A stretch of DNA of 41,986 nucleotides. Origin: a virus (Duplodnaviria > Caudoviricetes). Both the position numbers and the translations under genes were made by a program. The stretch covers positions 1 through 41,986 of the IMG/VR virus record IMGVR_UViG_3300000574_000007; one strand, 5' to 3'. Below, piece after piece: positions 16,959 through 26,380 of this stretch. Numbering within the stretch: the first letter of the stretch is position 1; each line of letters begins with the position of its first letter. Under the pieces are notes generated by a model. The model was given only the letters and a program-made list of their open reading frames with translations. It made no database searches and had not been told where the DNA came from.

Positions 16959-17951
16959 TTAGCTTGTTGGCGCAGTCGGCACGTGGTAGTAAATGTCCAC
17001 GCGGATCTCTCCTAACGCATCGGTTGTAGGCGCGTCAAACGTAAACGTAATGGTCTGCGCGGCCACGCTGTTGTAGTTGACTGGTGTATTCTTGTTACCA
17101 ACGTCTGTAGTCCCTGTCGCGGTACTAATCGACGCGCCCTTCTGGAAGGCGGTCCCGCTGGTAGTCGCGGTAACAGTCATGGTCGCCGTCCCGCCAGGGA
17201 TCGTCTTAACTCTGACCGGCACAGCGTACACCACGGCATCGGCAGGAATCTGAATCGTGGTGGCTTTGGTCGTTAGCCCTGATCCGACAGCGACGAGTTG
17301 GGTGGCGCGGCCCATAACATACTTCTGCCCGTTCGCGCCGGATTGCGTGAGATCGCCAGCGCGGAGGTCGAGGAGGGAGGCCGGACTCGTCGTCCCGATG
17401 CCGACGTTGCCGATGGTGTTTATTGTCAATCTCGCCGCACTTCCTGTGACATCGGCGATGTAGAAGGATTGATCGGGAACACTGTGCCCGTTCGTTGCGC
17501 CTGCCACCGACATTATCCAATTACGAACGGCACCGCTATTTTTTGATAAGTAGAGCTCTGCTCTATCCGTGCCGGTTGTTTCTGATTTAATGCCCTTATT
17601 GTCAGTAGCGCGAACATGCAATTTGTAATCCGACCCCGTCGTCCCGATGCCGACGTTGTTATTCGCCAAATCCAGCACCAGCAAGCTCCCACTCGCCCCC
17701 GCGCTTTCCCGCAACTGCGCAAGGTTCGCATCGACGGCGATGGTCAGGGATTTGGCGCTGGCGGTGGTGTCGGTGAAGACCAGACCAGGCGCGGTATTGG
17801 TGATGATGGGGTTGACGGTGAACGTCTGAAGCTCGGTCCAGGTGTTGGAGAGCGACGTGAGCGTACTCGATGGGGCATACAACCATCCGGCCTGTGCAGG
17901 GGCAGCGAAGAGCAGGAGGCTCAGAAGAACGGCAAGCGCACGCCTTACCAT
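16959..17951 (-). CDS. Tail/head fibre-like protein with signal peptide
   Basis: NVGIGTT repeats typical of trimeric fibres; N-terminus MVRRALAVLLSLLLFAAPAQA. Confidence 0.7.
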   Translation of the reverse strand: MVRRALAVLLSLLLFAAPAQAGWLYAPSSTLTSLSNTWTELQTFTVNPIITNTAPGLVFTDTTASAKSLTIAVDANLAQLRESAGASGSLLVLDLANNNVGIGTTGSDYKLHVRATDNKGIKSETTGTDRAELYLSKNSGAVRNWIMSVAGATNGHSVPDQSFYIADVTGSAARLTINTIGNVGIGTTSPASLLDLRAGDLTQSGANGQKYVMGRATQLVAVGSGLTTKATTIQIPADAVVYAVPVRVKTIPGGTATMTVTATTSGTAFQKGASISTATGTTDVGNKNTPVNYNSVAAQTITFTFDAPTTDALGEIRVDIYYHVPTAPTS

Positions 17952-18316
17952 GTCTGCGTCCCTTCTGTTACCAGGAGGGTCTTCGTACCGGACCCTGCAT
18001 GAATACAGTTGACGGCGGCTGTGGGATACTTCTTATCGACCAGCAACGCGCCCCCGTTCGCGTACAGACGCACACCCTCACTGGCTACCGCTGCGGCCCC
18101 AAACTTGCAATCAATGTTCGTGTCGCTGATGTTTTCGAGGATCAGCAAGGTCCGTGTGGACTTCGCAACCACTGTGGCGGTTGAGGTCGCAGCCACCGCT
18201 ACGGCCGTATGGGTCACGGTCGGCACAGCTTCATAGTCCGGTGGAATCCAGGCAAAGGCCGATCCTGCCATCAGCCCGATGCTAAGGCCCAACATTCCCG
18301 TAATGATCTTTCGCAT
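17945..18316 (-). CDS. Small beta-sandwich virion-type protein with signal peptide
   Basis: ATG 18316 after GGAGGAGG; MRKIITGMLGLSIGLMAGSAFA; R..L.LEN.SD...G.RL motif. Confidence 0.65.
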   Translation of the reverse strand: MRKIITGMLGLSIGLMAGSAFAWIPPDYEAVPTVTHTAVAVAATSTATVVAKSTRTLLILENISDTNIDCKFGAAAVASEGVRLYANGGALLVDKKYPTAAVNCIHAGSGTKTLLVTEGTQTW

Positions 18317-18329
18317 ACCAATCCTCCTC

Positions 18330-19028
18330 CTACCCTGTTGTGATATTGGAACTCTGTGGCGCAAGTAACGCCGAATCTATCTTCGATGGAGAGATCAACC
18401 GTTTCGCATTGTTCCTCATTAAGATTGCCTTACTATCTACAGCCTCTTTCATCACCAACGCATCGGTCTTGCCGAAGTGCGACATCATCCTCACCGCGAA
18501 GTTTGCCTTGATCGCATAGTCATACTCCGGCGGGACAACAATCGTATCGGTTGCCAGCGTGAGCGCCACATGCGCCGTTAAGACCTTCAGTGTCAGCGTA
18601 TAGGCTTGATCGGGCGTAGGATACAAGTAGATCGAGGCGAGTCCTGACAGGTAGGTAGGGTCGTAGAACAATTCATCAGGCCGCCCTTGTGTGGTTTTGG
18701 TCTCAATCTCCTGATAGCGAAAGATCGAGGTGTCAACCCTGCATTCCGAGTCCCGGCTGTCTCCTGTAATCATAGCGTCTCGTATGTCCACAGGACGTTG
18801 GACATTGAAGTCGCCACTCGCTCCAATGGTGTAAATCGGGTCTGCAACCGTCAAGACCTTCGTGTGCGTCGTCAAGGCATGGATCAGTAGCCCCTCAGCG
18901 GCCCAATGCTGAAGCATGTCGCTGAGTTCCGTAATTCCCATCGTCGTCCAGTCGGTCTCAATTGCGCCCTGGGGATCAATGACGCCGATCTTGGTCAAGG
19001 CTCCCCGAATCACATCACTAACCAGCAT
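18330..19028 (-). CDS. Head-tail adaptor (P22 gp4-like)
   Basis: DVIRGALTKIGV..., L.DML..W, LYPTPD, VPPEY..AI..N.A motifs. Confidence 0.8.
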   Translation of the reverse strand: MLVSDVIRGALTKIGVIDPQGAIETDWTTMGITELSDMLQHWAAEGLLIHALTTHTKVLTVADPIYTIGASGDFNVQRPVDIRDAMITGDSRDSECRVDTSIFRYQEIETKTTQGRPDELFYDPTYLSGLASIYLYPTPDQAYTLTLKVLTAHVALTLATDTIVVPPEYDYAIKANFAVRMMSHFGKTDALVMKEAVDSKAILMRNNAKRLISPSKIDSALLAPQSSNITTG

Positions 19029-19746
19029 CGGCACTCCTCATGGGGTCATCGCGCCCCCCTGGTAATCTCAGCAAATACTGATGGAGGTTGCCCTTGTAGG
19101 CTTTCCGCCCAATATGCGAAAAGGTAATATCGGGATCGATCCACAAGCGGCCCCCGATGTCCCGCCATCGCTGGCAGAATGCATAATCCTCAGTGGTATA
19201 CCGTTGCCGTTCGGGGTCAATCCCCATGTGAAAAAAGTCCCATGCCGCCCGGAGAGTCTGATCCCCCATTGTCTCCACGACGCTATCAGCGTATCGAAGC
19301 TCCGGGTGGGCGGCTATGAGACGCTCAAAGACACCACGCTGAATCCGCATAAATCCTGTCGGCACAAAGTCAGCCTCAATCAGTCCATCGCGCCCAAGAG
19401 GTACACCGTCTCTGGTCTGCATCACCATTGGCCAGCCCCCACTATCGCGTTTCAAGGGATAGACACCAACAACAATCTCTTCTTGGCGATTGAGCAACCG
19501 CAACACGGCCTCGGCGTCAAATCCCACATCGGCATCGATGAACAAGAGATCGGTTGCCTCTGGCTCCCGGAGAAACATCGCTACCAGGGTATTCCTGGCC
19601 ACTGGCAGCACAGGACAATCTGCAATGACAAACAGATCGCTCTCGATTTTCGCTTCGAAGAGCAGGCGTTGTGCCATCATCAAGCTCAAGACACACTCTG
19701 AGCGAATCGAGCCGTCAATCGTTGGGATTGCGAATACAACCTTCAT
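19018..19746 (-). CDS. GT-A fold glycosyltransferase
   Basis: ARN.LV..FL, LFIDAD (DxD), TGFM.I.R.VF, EDYAFC.RW...GG..W.D. Confidence 0.85.
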   Translation of the reverse strand: MKVVFAIPTIDGSIRSECVLSLMMAQRLLFEAKIESDLFVIADCPVLPVARNTLVAMFLREPEATDLLFIDADVGFDAEAVLRLLNRQEEIVVGVYPLKRDSGGWPMVMQTRDGVPLGRDGLIEADFVPTGFMRIQRGVFERLIAAHPELRYADSVVETMGDQTLRAAWDFFHMGIDPERQRYTTEDYAFCQRWRDIGGRLWIDPDITFSHIGRKAYKGNLHQYLLRLPGGRDDPMRSADAG

Positions 19747-19757
19747 AAAATCCTTGT

Positions 19758-19792
19758 GGAGTGAGGGGCAAGGCTATCCCTGCCCCTCCTCC
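19758..19792 (-). terminator. GC-rich hairpin after the capsid/decoration genes (attenuator or mRNA stabiliser)
   Basis: GAGGGGCAGGG-ATAG-CCTTGCCCCTC stem; no immediate U-tract. Confidence 0.5.
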
Positions 19793-19804
19793 ATTACAGT
19801 GTTT

Positions 19805-20008
19805 TTACGCCGACGCCATCATCCCCAGGTTAATTGCCATAGTGCGCAACGCATTGGCAAGCGTCTGTGTCGTGGCGGCATCTGTTCCCGCCGCAGTGAT
19901 TGCGGCCTGTACGACTGGTGTTGCACCATACATGCCGATCTTGTCGGTGGCTGACTGGCCCAACGTCGCGCCATCTGCGCGTCCATCACTTAACTGTTTG
20001 ACTGCCAT
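19805..20008 (-). CDS. Putative capsid decoration/cement protein
   Basis: 67 aa directly after coat gene; LGQSATDKIG.YGATPVVQ motif. Confidence 0.65.
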   Translation of the reverse strand: MAVKQLSDGRADGATLGQSATDKIGMYGATPVVQAAITAAGTDAATTQTLANALRTMAINLGMMASA

Positions 20009-20034
20009 ATGTCATACTCCTTTCTTGTCAGAGA

Positions 20035-21258
20035 TTATCCGCGCATCCTGTCCGCCCAGTGCGGATACCGCACCTTCCAGCCGAAGAGTACGTCAATACG
20101 AAGCGGGAACTGATCGTTGATGATGTCTCCAGCACGCCAAACGCGCATCGGGATACCTTCCGCGGTTTCCTGCGCGAACCATCCCGCGCCCACAGGCGTC
20201 TCCAGGTTGGCGAAGACAACCGTGCAAAAATCTTTATGGTAGGCCAAGGGCTGTGTGAGAACTGCCGACGCATCGCCTGAACCACCAGTCGCCTCGAACA
20301 CGACCGCCTTACCGGAGCCTGCGCTCACAATCTCTACGTTCTGACGGGCGCCAGAGGTATAGGGAGTTGGGCTGACCGAAACGGTAAGCGCCCCACCGGA
20401 CGCTGTGCCATCGGCAGTCGCTACAAACTGCTGGAGACGAGGGAAACGCTGTTTAGTTTCGAGATTTACGGCCCACACTCCGGCCACGGTGAATACGTCA
20501 CCGCGCTTGACGGTAGACGTAGAATCGAGGGCAGTAATAGCGATGGTGGCTGTGCCGCTCGTGATGCCGGTGGAGGTATTTACAACCGGGGTGGTGTCGT
20601 CGCGGTTGCCGTTGGTGTGACTAGGAACCATCTCCGATTCCCACCACTTCATGTTCGCAGCCTGACCGATGTAGCCTTCCGCAAACGCCCGGTCAAGCTC
20701 GCTCGCCTTATGGAAGTAGAGGCCGACAGAGTTCACCAGCGGAAACATCGTGGCCGCATTCATAATGACGTGGCGATCACCCATGGGGGCCAACCCTTCA
20801 CTAATGCGAGCATTGGCCCGCAACACGTCGAGCATGGCATCAGGCTCAGCGTCCGGGTCTCCGGTTACGTTGTAGATGTCTTTGTAAACATCAGTAAGTA
20901 TGGTTGATTCAACCTTAGCCACAAGCCTATCCATAGCAGGCTCGATCACCTGCTTGGTCAGATCATCGATATTCATCGTCAATTCATAAGCACTGACGTT
21001 AATATCGACTCCTTTTTGCGTCGCCACCGTCAGGGTCTGGTAGGTCTCAGTGACGTCTTGAATAGCCATCACTGCGCCATCGCGCACAGTGAACTGCGCG
21101 GGTTCCTTGAGGCGCAACGATCCACCATTCTTTTGACCGGCTTTCTTAAACTCCTCGTCGTATTCCCGGTTGACCGTCTTAATAAACTTCAGCTTATTGT
21201 GAAAGGACGCAAGCGCCTTTCGCGCAAACAATGTAGGATTATTAAAGGCATTCGCCAT
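20035..21258 (-). CDS. Major capsid protein (P22 gp5 coat family)
   Basis: MAN.F.NP, VNREYD, QKGVD, GDVFTVAGV.AVN..TK, LAYHKD, RIDVLFG motifs. Confidence 0.95.
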   Translation of the reverse strand: MANAFNNPTLFARKALASFHNKLKFIKTVNREYDEEFKKAGQKNGGSLRLKEPAQFTVRDGAVMAIQDVTETYQTLTVATQKGVDINVSAYELTMNIDDLTKQVIEPAMDRLVAKVESTILTDVYKDIYNVTGDPDAEPDAMLDVLRANARISEGLAPMGDRHVIMNAATMFPLVNSVGLYFHKASELDRAFAEGYIGQAANMKWWESEMVPSHTNGNRDDTTPVVNTSTGITSGTATIAITALDSTSTVKRGDVFTVAGVWAVNLETKQRFPRLQQFVATADGTASGGALTVSVSPTPYTSGARQNVEIVSAGSGKAVVFEATGGSGDASAVLTQPLAYHKDFCTVVFANLETPVGAGWFAQETAEGIPMRVWRAGDIINDQFPLRIDVLFGWKVRYPHWADRMRG

Positions 21259-21273
21259 ACCTGACTCCTTCCG

Positions 21274-22065
21274 TTAGACGAGTGGCTTGGTTTTCAATCG
21301 CTCCAAGTGTTGCTGGCGATTCCATGCCATCCACTCATCAGTGGTCATTTTGTCCGGGTCTTTGACAGATCCTGCCGCTCCCGTCACAGGGGTAATCGGT
21401 GCAGGAGCAGTCGAGACCGTTTTTGTCTGTTGTGTACCGATCTTCTGTTCGAGGGCGATTATTGCCCTTGCTTTCGCCACAGGCGACATTCGATTCATTG
21501 CGTCTGCTTCTTGTGGACGCAAGCCCAGGTAGTAACCGATCTCAGCGCCATGAGGGCTCTGCATGAGCATTGCCTGCGTATCTTGAGCAAATATCGGCGC
21601 AGACACTACATCGTCAAAATCCTCATATTTAGCACGAGCTGCGGTGATCTGCGGTTCAAACTGAGCGACTATAGCGGCCTCAGCCGCCTGTTGCTGTTGT
21701 TGTCGGGCGGCCAAGGCAGACTCTTGTTGAGATTGCCTGACCGAAAAAGTGGTCAATGCCTTGATGTAGGAGCCGTAGTCGGCGTAGTCGGCTTCCTGGG
21801 GCTCAACATCAGGAGTCTTTGCAGCGTGGTCTTCTCGCGTCTGGTCTATCGTAACGGATTTCAGGCGCTCGATTTCTCGTTGTGCCTGTCGTAGCTGATA
21901 GCCAATGCGGTTGATGGTTTTTCTGTCCTCTGTAGGCAGATCAGGAATTGAAGCAATGACAGGAGCGGCTGATAGCGCCTCCCCTGTGGCCTCCTCCGAC
22001 GCTACCTCCGTCGAGGGTGTCTGTATTGAGGGCTCTGGAATCGTTGATTCCGGTTCTTCTGGCAT
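21274..22065 (-). CDS. Scaffolding protein
   Basis: Acidic N-terminus, coiled coil, KYEDFDDVV, APAPI.PV, DPDKMTTDEW; between portal and coat. Confidence 0.85.
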   Translation of the reverse strand: MPEEPESTIPEPSIQTPSTEVASEEATGEALSAAPVIASIPDLPTEDRKTINRIGYQLRQAQREIERLKSVTIDQTREDHAAKTPDVEPQEADYADYGSYIKALTTFSVRQSQQESALAARQQQQQAAEAAIVAQFEPQITAARAKYEDFDDVVSAPIFAQDTQAMLMQSPHGAEIGYYLGLRPQEADAMNRMSPVAKARAIIALEQKIGTQQTKTVSTAPAPITPVTGAAGSVKDPDKMTTDEWMAWNRQQHLERLKTKPLV

Positions 22066-22066
22066 C

Positions 22067-23839
22067 TTAACCTCCTGGCTCTCCCGGCATCATGCCGGGT
22101 GCCGATGTTGGCGCACCATCTGTTGGTGCGGTGGGTGGCAGCGCAGTTTGCGCCGATTTGAGGGCGGTATAAATCTCTTCCGCACCCGGTAGATCGCTGA
22201 ATTTGAACACGTATGGCAAGATTAGAGGTGCCATTGGGCCTGCATACTGAAGCGCCTGTAGCATTCCCTCCATAGCTTCCTCGCGTCGGCTCTGGTAGGT
22301 CCGCATCGTGGCTTCTACGTCATACTTACCGACCGACATATCGTTGACGAGGGTCGTCATGCCGGTCTCAGGATCAAATACGGGCTGATTGAGGCCAACA
22401 AACTGCGCCTGCCCGTCCTCGCCGCGGATTCTGACTACACGAGCGGTATCCATGATGCGGCTATTGACATCCATGAGGATACGGCCCGTAAGAATGATGG
22501 CTTGACGCAGATGTTCACCGAAATGCGCAGTGCCGATGTCAGATTTCGACTGTCTGGCGCGAATAGCGGTGCCGCTCCGCTCATTGCTGCGGTCGCCAAG
22601 GCCGGGCTCAAAGATGCCGATTACGTCCTTGATGTCATCGTCGGCCACTCTTAGCATTAACATTGCCGCATTCGGCACTTCTGGGGCCGGAACGCGCCCT
22701 GGACGCCCAAGCCCTGTGTGATTGTGGAGTAGAAATGTCCGGTTGGTGATATTCAACGAGTTCCACATCGGCTCGTGCCCCGCAATTTCCTCAGGCGTGA
22801 CCATAAAAGGGGCCTTGGGAGCAAGCGCGATGCTCTCCGTCATCGCCGTTTTCCAGAAATTAGACATCATTTGGGGATCGATGGCGTCTTTCGTGAGCGC
22901 CATCTTATACGTGCGCCCCTCATGTACGATGGTATCGCCACACACCTCGACAATCGGGATCTCCTCGCCGGGCCAGTCGCGGATCTCAAGGATTTCAGCC
23001 CCCGTCAGGATTGCCCATTTTGTCTGATGCTTAATATCTTCGCGGGTCTGGGTCACATGAAGGCCCTGCTCTTCTATCGTGGCCTTAGTAATCCCCTTGT
23101 CGAGCGGAATAACCATCGTCGCGTTCGTCACAGGGTCATGTACTTGTGCGAGCGTGACCGATGACGGCTCTTTCCAAAAATATTCGCATACCACGAGGCG
23201 ATTTCCGTCTTTCCAGTGGATCATGTCTTGATCGCCCAACTGCATCTCATTGAAGTCTGAGACGGCGGCCTTCGGATATTTGAGCTTGAATTCCTCTATA
23301 GGCATCGACGTGCGGACAAAACCATACTGCCGCTCCGGGTCCAAATAGGCCGAAAGCGGATTATCGACCGGCGCTATATAGGCTTCCTGCTCGAACGTAC
23401 CAGGGATGAATTTCGTCAGCACACGCCAATAACCAACCCCTCCAGCGACTGCGTGGGTGACAGCTTGGGCGTAAATAGCCTCCGCCCCCGATTGATACTC
23501 CTGGTTGCGAATAATGTCTTCGTGGACGCGGGCCATGAGGGGATCGCTCTGGTCATCGACCGGCTTCACCCCAATAGCGGGGCGGCGAGCAATGATCTCA
23601 TTCGCCACAACGCTGACGAACTTCCTGAGTTTGTTGCTCGTCAAAAAAGGCCGATCATCCTTCTTGCGTTCTGCGCGAATACTCTCCGGCCATTGTCCCT
23701 GGCCGATGTTATAGACGAACTCAATGTTCTTCAACGTCTCAGCACGTTGGCTGGATTGAGCGACACTGATTGTGCGAAAACGTAGCTTAGCTGTATCCAG
23801 CAACGCCTCTCGTTCTTTCGCGCTTAAGCTCTGAGCCAT
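22067..23839 (-). CDS. Portal protein (P22-like)
   Basis: GQW, RP.LT.NKL, G.GYWRV, DPQ.M.NFW, ERSG.AI.ARQ, GKYDV motifs. Confidence 0.95.
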   Translation of the reverse strand: MAQSLSAKEREALLDTAKLRFRTISVAQSSQRAETLKNIEFVYNIGQGQWPESIRAERKKDDRPFLTSNKLRKFVSVVANEIIARRPAIGVKPVDDQSDPLMARVHEDIIRNQEYQSGAEAIYAQAVTHAVAGGVGYWRVLTKFIPGTFEQEAYIAPVDNPLSAYLDPERQYGFVRTSMPIEEFKLKYPKAAVSDFNEMQLGDQDMIHWKDGNRLVVCEYFWKEPSSVTLAQVHDPVTNATMVIPLDKGITKATIEEQGLHVTQTREDIKHQTKWAILTGAEILEIRDWPGEEIPIVEVCGDTIVHEGRTYKMALTKDAIDPQMMSNFWKTAMTESIALAPKAPFMVTPEEIAGHEPMWNSLNITNRTFLLHNHTGLGRPGRVPAPEVPNAAMLMLRVADDDIKDVIGIFEPGLGDRSNERSGTAIRARQSKSDIGTAHFGEHLRQAIILTGRILMDVNSRIMDTARVVRIRGEDGQAQFVGLNQPVFDPETGMTTLVNDMSVGKYDVEATMRTYQSRREEAMEGMLQALQYAGPMAPLILPYVFKFSDLPGAEEIYTALKSAQTALPPTAPTDGAPTSAPGMMPGEPGG

Positions 23840-25407
23840 CCTTGCTCCATTGAACTATGGGTTGCCATAGCTTGATTCGCCACAGACCGTGACGACAGCA
23901 AATTCGGGCGCCTATAGAACGTCATCGCCAGTGCATCGGCCTCGTCAGGAGAGTGCCCCTCTTTAAGGAGTTTCTTGAGTTTCTTCTTTTCTAAAATCTT
24001 CATTTTAGAATGGGCATATTCACACCGAATCGCGCTGAGTTGATCTATGAGGTCAGCATCATTGGGAATCGAAATCAGACCCTTTTCAAACGCCTCACGG
24101 AGCCGGTCGTAGGATTCTGCTCGCTTATTCATATAACGATCGCCATTGTCAGGCGTTCGCCGGAAGTCCGCAGCTTGCACCACCGCCCCCTTGAGCTGCC
24201 GCAGTTGCCCCTCGACGGCCCATCCAATGCCGATGGTATCGACAAAACACACATCCGGGCGCTCAGCGTCGATGTCGTTTCCCACCCACCCCACAAGAAC
24301 CGTTGATTCAGGTGACACCATCCGCTTCAACGGATAGACCTTGTAGCCGCGGCGCGTAGCGATGATACTCTTGTCCCCTCCAGCTCCGCAGTCTACCGCC
24401 TTCACCAGTGGCTCACGCTCGAAACCCTCAAGTTCTCGACCCACAGCATCCTGAATCCAGTCGTAGGGAATGAGCGTCTGCACGTCCGTAATCGGAGGCA
24501 ATCCCAAGACCCGGATACGGTAGGGATTGCTGTCGCGGCCATAGTCCTCCAATAGGCGGGTGTGGATCTCCTTATTCCCGATCTCGGAGTCCTCGGCGTT
24601 CCAGCGATGCGTAATCCATCGATGCGCACGGGTCTCTTGGCTGTCGATTGCGTAGCCTCTGGAGCGTGTAGGATTGAAGATCATGACCATGAAGTTCACC
24701 ATCTGTGTCAAAGTACCTTCCAGGCTTTGGAAGATCGAATCGTTGACACCAGAGGCTTCGTCTACCACCACCATCACATAATCTTCGTGAGCCCCTGCCA
24801 CACCTTCCGGCTCCAACTCCGTGCTGTTAGGGTTAGCCGTCTTCGTATAGGCAAACCACCGCTTACCGACTACTTCCGGCTCTAGCGCCGTATAGAACAG
24901 CTTCCCGCTCTGTAGTTTCAAGAACGGGGCGAGGTAACTGGTCGGTAACCACTTCGCCAGCTCCGACCACAACACCTTCTCAAGCTGGTCACTTGACACC
25001 GACGTACATGGCACCTTGCAGTAGGGATGCGCCCAGACGAACCAAAGCAGCAGCCACGAAATAAGCGTATCCTTCCCAATCCCTTTTCCGGCCATAATCG
25101 ACAACCCGATCTTTTTCGCCAACTCCTGCTGCTCTAGCGTGGCCTCCCCACGAAACACAGCGAGCTTCGCCTCTATCAACTCCTTGACGGCTATAATCGC
25201 TTCGCGTTGCTGCGTGGTCATACGAATCCCTTGGCCTGTTGCAGCGTTGTAGGGATCGATAATGGCTTGCTGAATACAGATTTCAGGATCGAGACGCCAG
25301 ATACGGAATAGGTCCGCCTCTGTCATGACCGCCTTAGGCGCATCGGGATTGTTATCCGGGCGCGTAGACCGTCTTCGGAATTTAGGAGTCGCTGTGGCTG
25401 TTGCCAT
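23824..25407 (-). CDS. terL: Terminase large subunit
   Basis: Walker A GKGIGKD, Walker B VVVDEAS, FNPT coupling motif, RNase H nuclease with SPDEADALA. Confidence 0.95.
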   Translation of the reverse strand: MATATATPKFRRRSTRPDNNPDAPKAVMTEADLFRIWRLDPEICIQQAIIDPYNAATGQGIRMTTQQREAIIAVKELIEAKLAVFRGEATLEQQELAKKIGLSIMAGKGIGKDTLISWLLLWFVWAHPYCKVPCTSVSSDQLEKVLWSELAKWLPTSYLAPFLKLQSGKLFYTALEPEVVGKRWFAYTKTANPNSTELEPEGVAGAHEDYVMVVVDEASGVNDSIFQSLEGTLTQMVNFMVMIFNPTRSRGYAIDSQETRAHRWITHRWNAEDSEIGNKEIHTRLLEDYGRDSNPYRIRVLGLPPITDVQTLIPYDWIQDAVGRELEGFEREPLVKAVDCGAGGDKSIIATRRGYKVYPLKRMVSPESTVLVGWVGNDIDAERPDVCFVDTIGIGWAVEGQLRQLKGAVVQAADFRRTPDNGDRYMNKRAESYDRLREAFEKGLISIPNDADLIDQLSAIRCEYAHSKMKILEKKKLKKLLKEGHSPDEADALAMTFYRRPNLLSSRSVANQAMATHSSMEQGWLRA

Positions 25408-25418
25408 TACCCTCCCAC

Positions 25419-25498
25419 TATGTAATTTTTACACACTGTGTAAATTTTACATACCTATCGCACGATAAAAAGGCAATGTCAAGTGAAATCTTTCACAA
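25419..25498 (-). promoter_or_regulatory. Putative terL promoter region: TTGACA (25477-25482), abutting Rex/CRP-like box (25481-25498) and 17-bp inverted repeat (25419-25453)
   Basis: AAGTGAA-ATCT-TTCACAA; tatgtaatttttacaca/tgtgtaaattttacata; -10 element is weak. Confidence 0.55.
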
Positions 25499-25588
25499 GC
25501 GGACTTATTCCTTGTCGTTTTTGGGATTTCTGGTTGTTGTAGCAGGTGGGCTAAGAAGAAAACAAGAGAGGCTGTTTGTTGAGCTCAC

Positions 25589-25759
25589 TCACGAGAGTGC
25601 TCCCCGTACGCTATGACATAATGCGCACTGGATGATCGGGAGAGGTTCTCCATTAAGGGCAATCGGGTCATACGCAATAATGTGATGTGGCCCTTGGGAA
25701 TGACAATACGGGCATCTACGGTCAATTGTGAGGCGCCTTGGTTCAGGTATGATTGTCAT
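25589..25759 (-). CDS. Zinc-ribbon microprotein (56 aa), not in the ORF track
   Basis: MTIIPEPRRLTIDRRCPYC...CALC; N-terminus paralogous to 25790-26065. Confidence 0.65.
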   Translation of the reverse strand: MTIIPEPRRLTIDRRCPYCHSQGPHHIIAYDPIALNGEPLPIIQCALCHSVRGALS

Positions 25760-26084
25760 TTAGGAACCTTTTGTGTGATGTGCGCTACCCTACAATGATT
25801 GACGTACCAACACCCCAGGCTTTTCATTAAAAAACGCCTCGCCAATAGGGTTAACACAGAAAAGAGTTTCATACTCTTTATTCAATTTCAAAAATTTAAC
25901 GGCTTCCTCTTCACTCTTAGCGATAATTATAGCCGAAAGGCCGAAGCCCTCCTGATCCCAAGAGGCGCAGTAAATAACTAGCTTATTATTTGACTTATTT
26001 TCATCGCTGCAATACGGACATATACGATTAATCGTGACGTGCATTGGTTTAGGTATGATTGTCACTTAGGAACCTTTTGTGTGA
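25738..26084. repeat. 41-bp direct repeat (25738-25778, 26044-26084) covering RBS and first codons of two tandem ORFs
   Basis: 39/41 identity. Confidence 0.9.
25790..26065 (-). CDS. Hypothetical protein, AT-rich, chimeric paralogue of 25589-25759
   Basis: MTIIPKPMHVTINRICPYC then unrelated C-terminus. Confidence 0.65.
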   Translation of the reverse strand: MTIIPKPMHVTINRICPYCSDENKSNNKLVIYCASWDQEGFGLSAIIIAKSEEEAVKFLKLNKEYETLFCVNPIGEAFFNEKPGVLVRQSL

Positions 26085-26380
26085 GGGGTGTGGGAAACGG
26101 GGACTCACTAGCTTTTCGCGAAACCTTTTGGCCCATGCCCCCCCCTCTATTGCCCTGGTAGGCTCGCCCGCTTACCCGCTCACCCGCTTACCGCTCACCC
26201 GCTATCGCCTACAACCACATGCCTGCCGTCTATCGCCTACCGCTCACTAGCTGCCTACTTATCACCTACTGTATCGCATAGCATACAAGGTGACATATTG
26301 CACCTTATACGACTGACCATTATAATCACATACATACGGACCATCTCAGACCATCTAGACAAGTACACTACTCATTACTA
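26085..26380. other. Non-coding strand-skewed region with short repeats between terS and terL; candidate packaging/terminus site
   Basis: CCGCT(C/T)AC and CTATCGCCTAC repeats, C7 run, aaggtg-N8-cacctt palindrome, gaccatct x2. Confidence 0.45.

Noticed and set aside
25065-25095. TerL Walker A reads GKD rather than GKS/T
   Set aside because: A Thr follows immediately and all other ATPase and nuclease motifs are intact; insufficient evidence of inactivation
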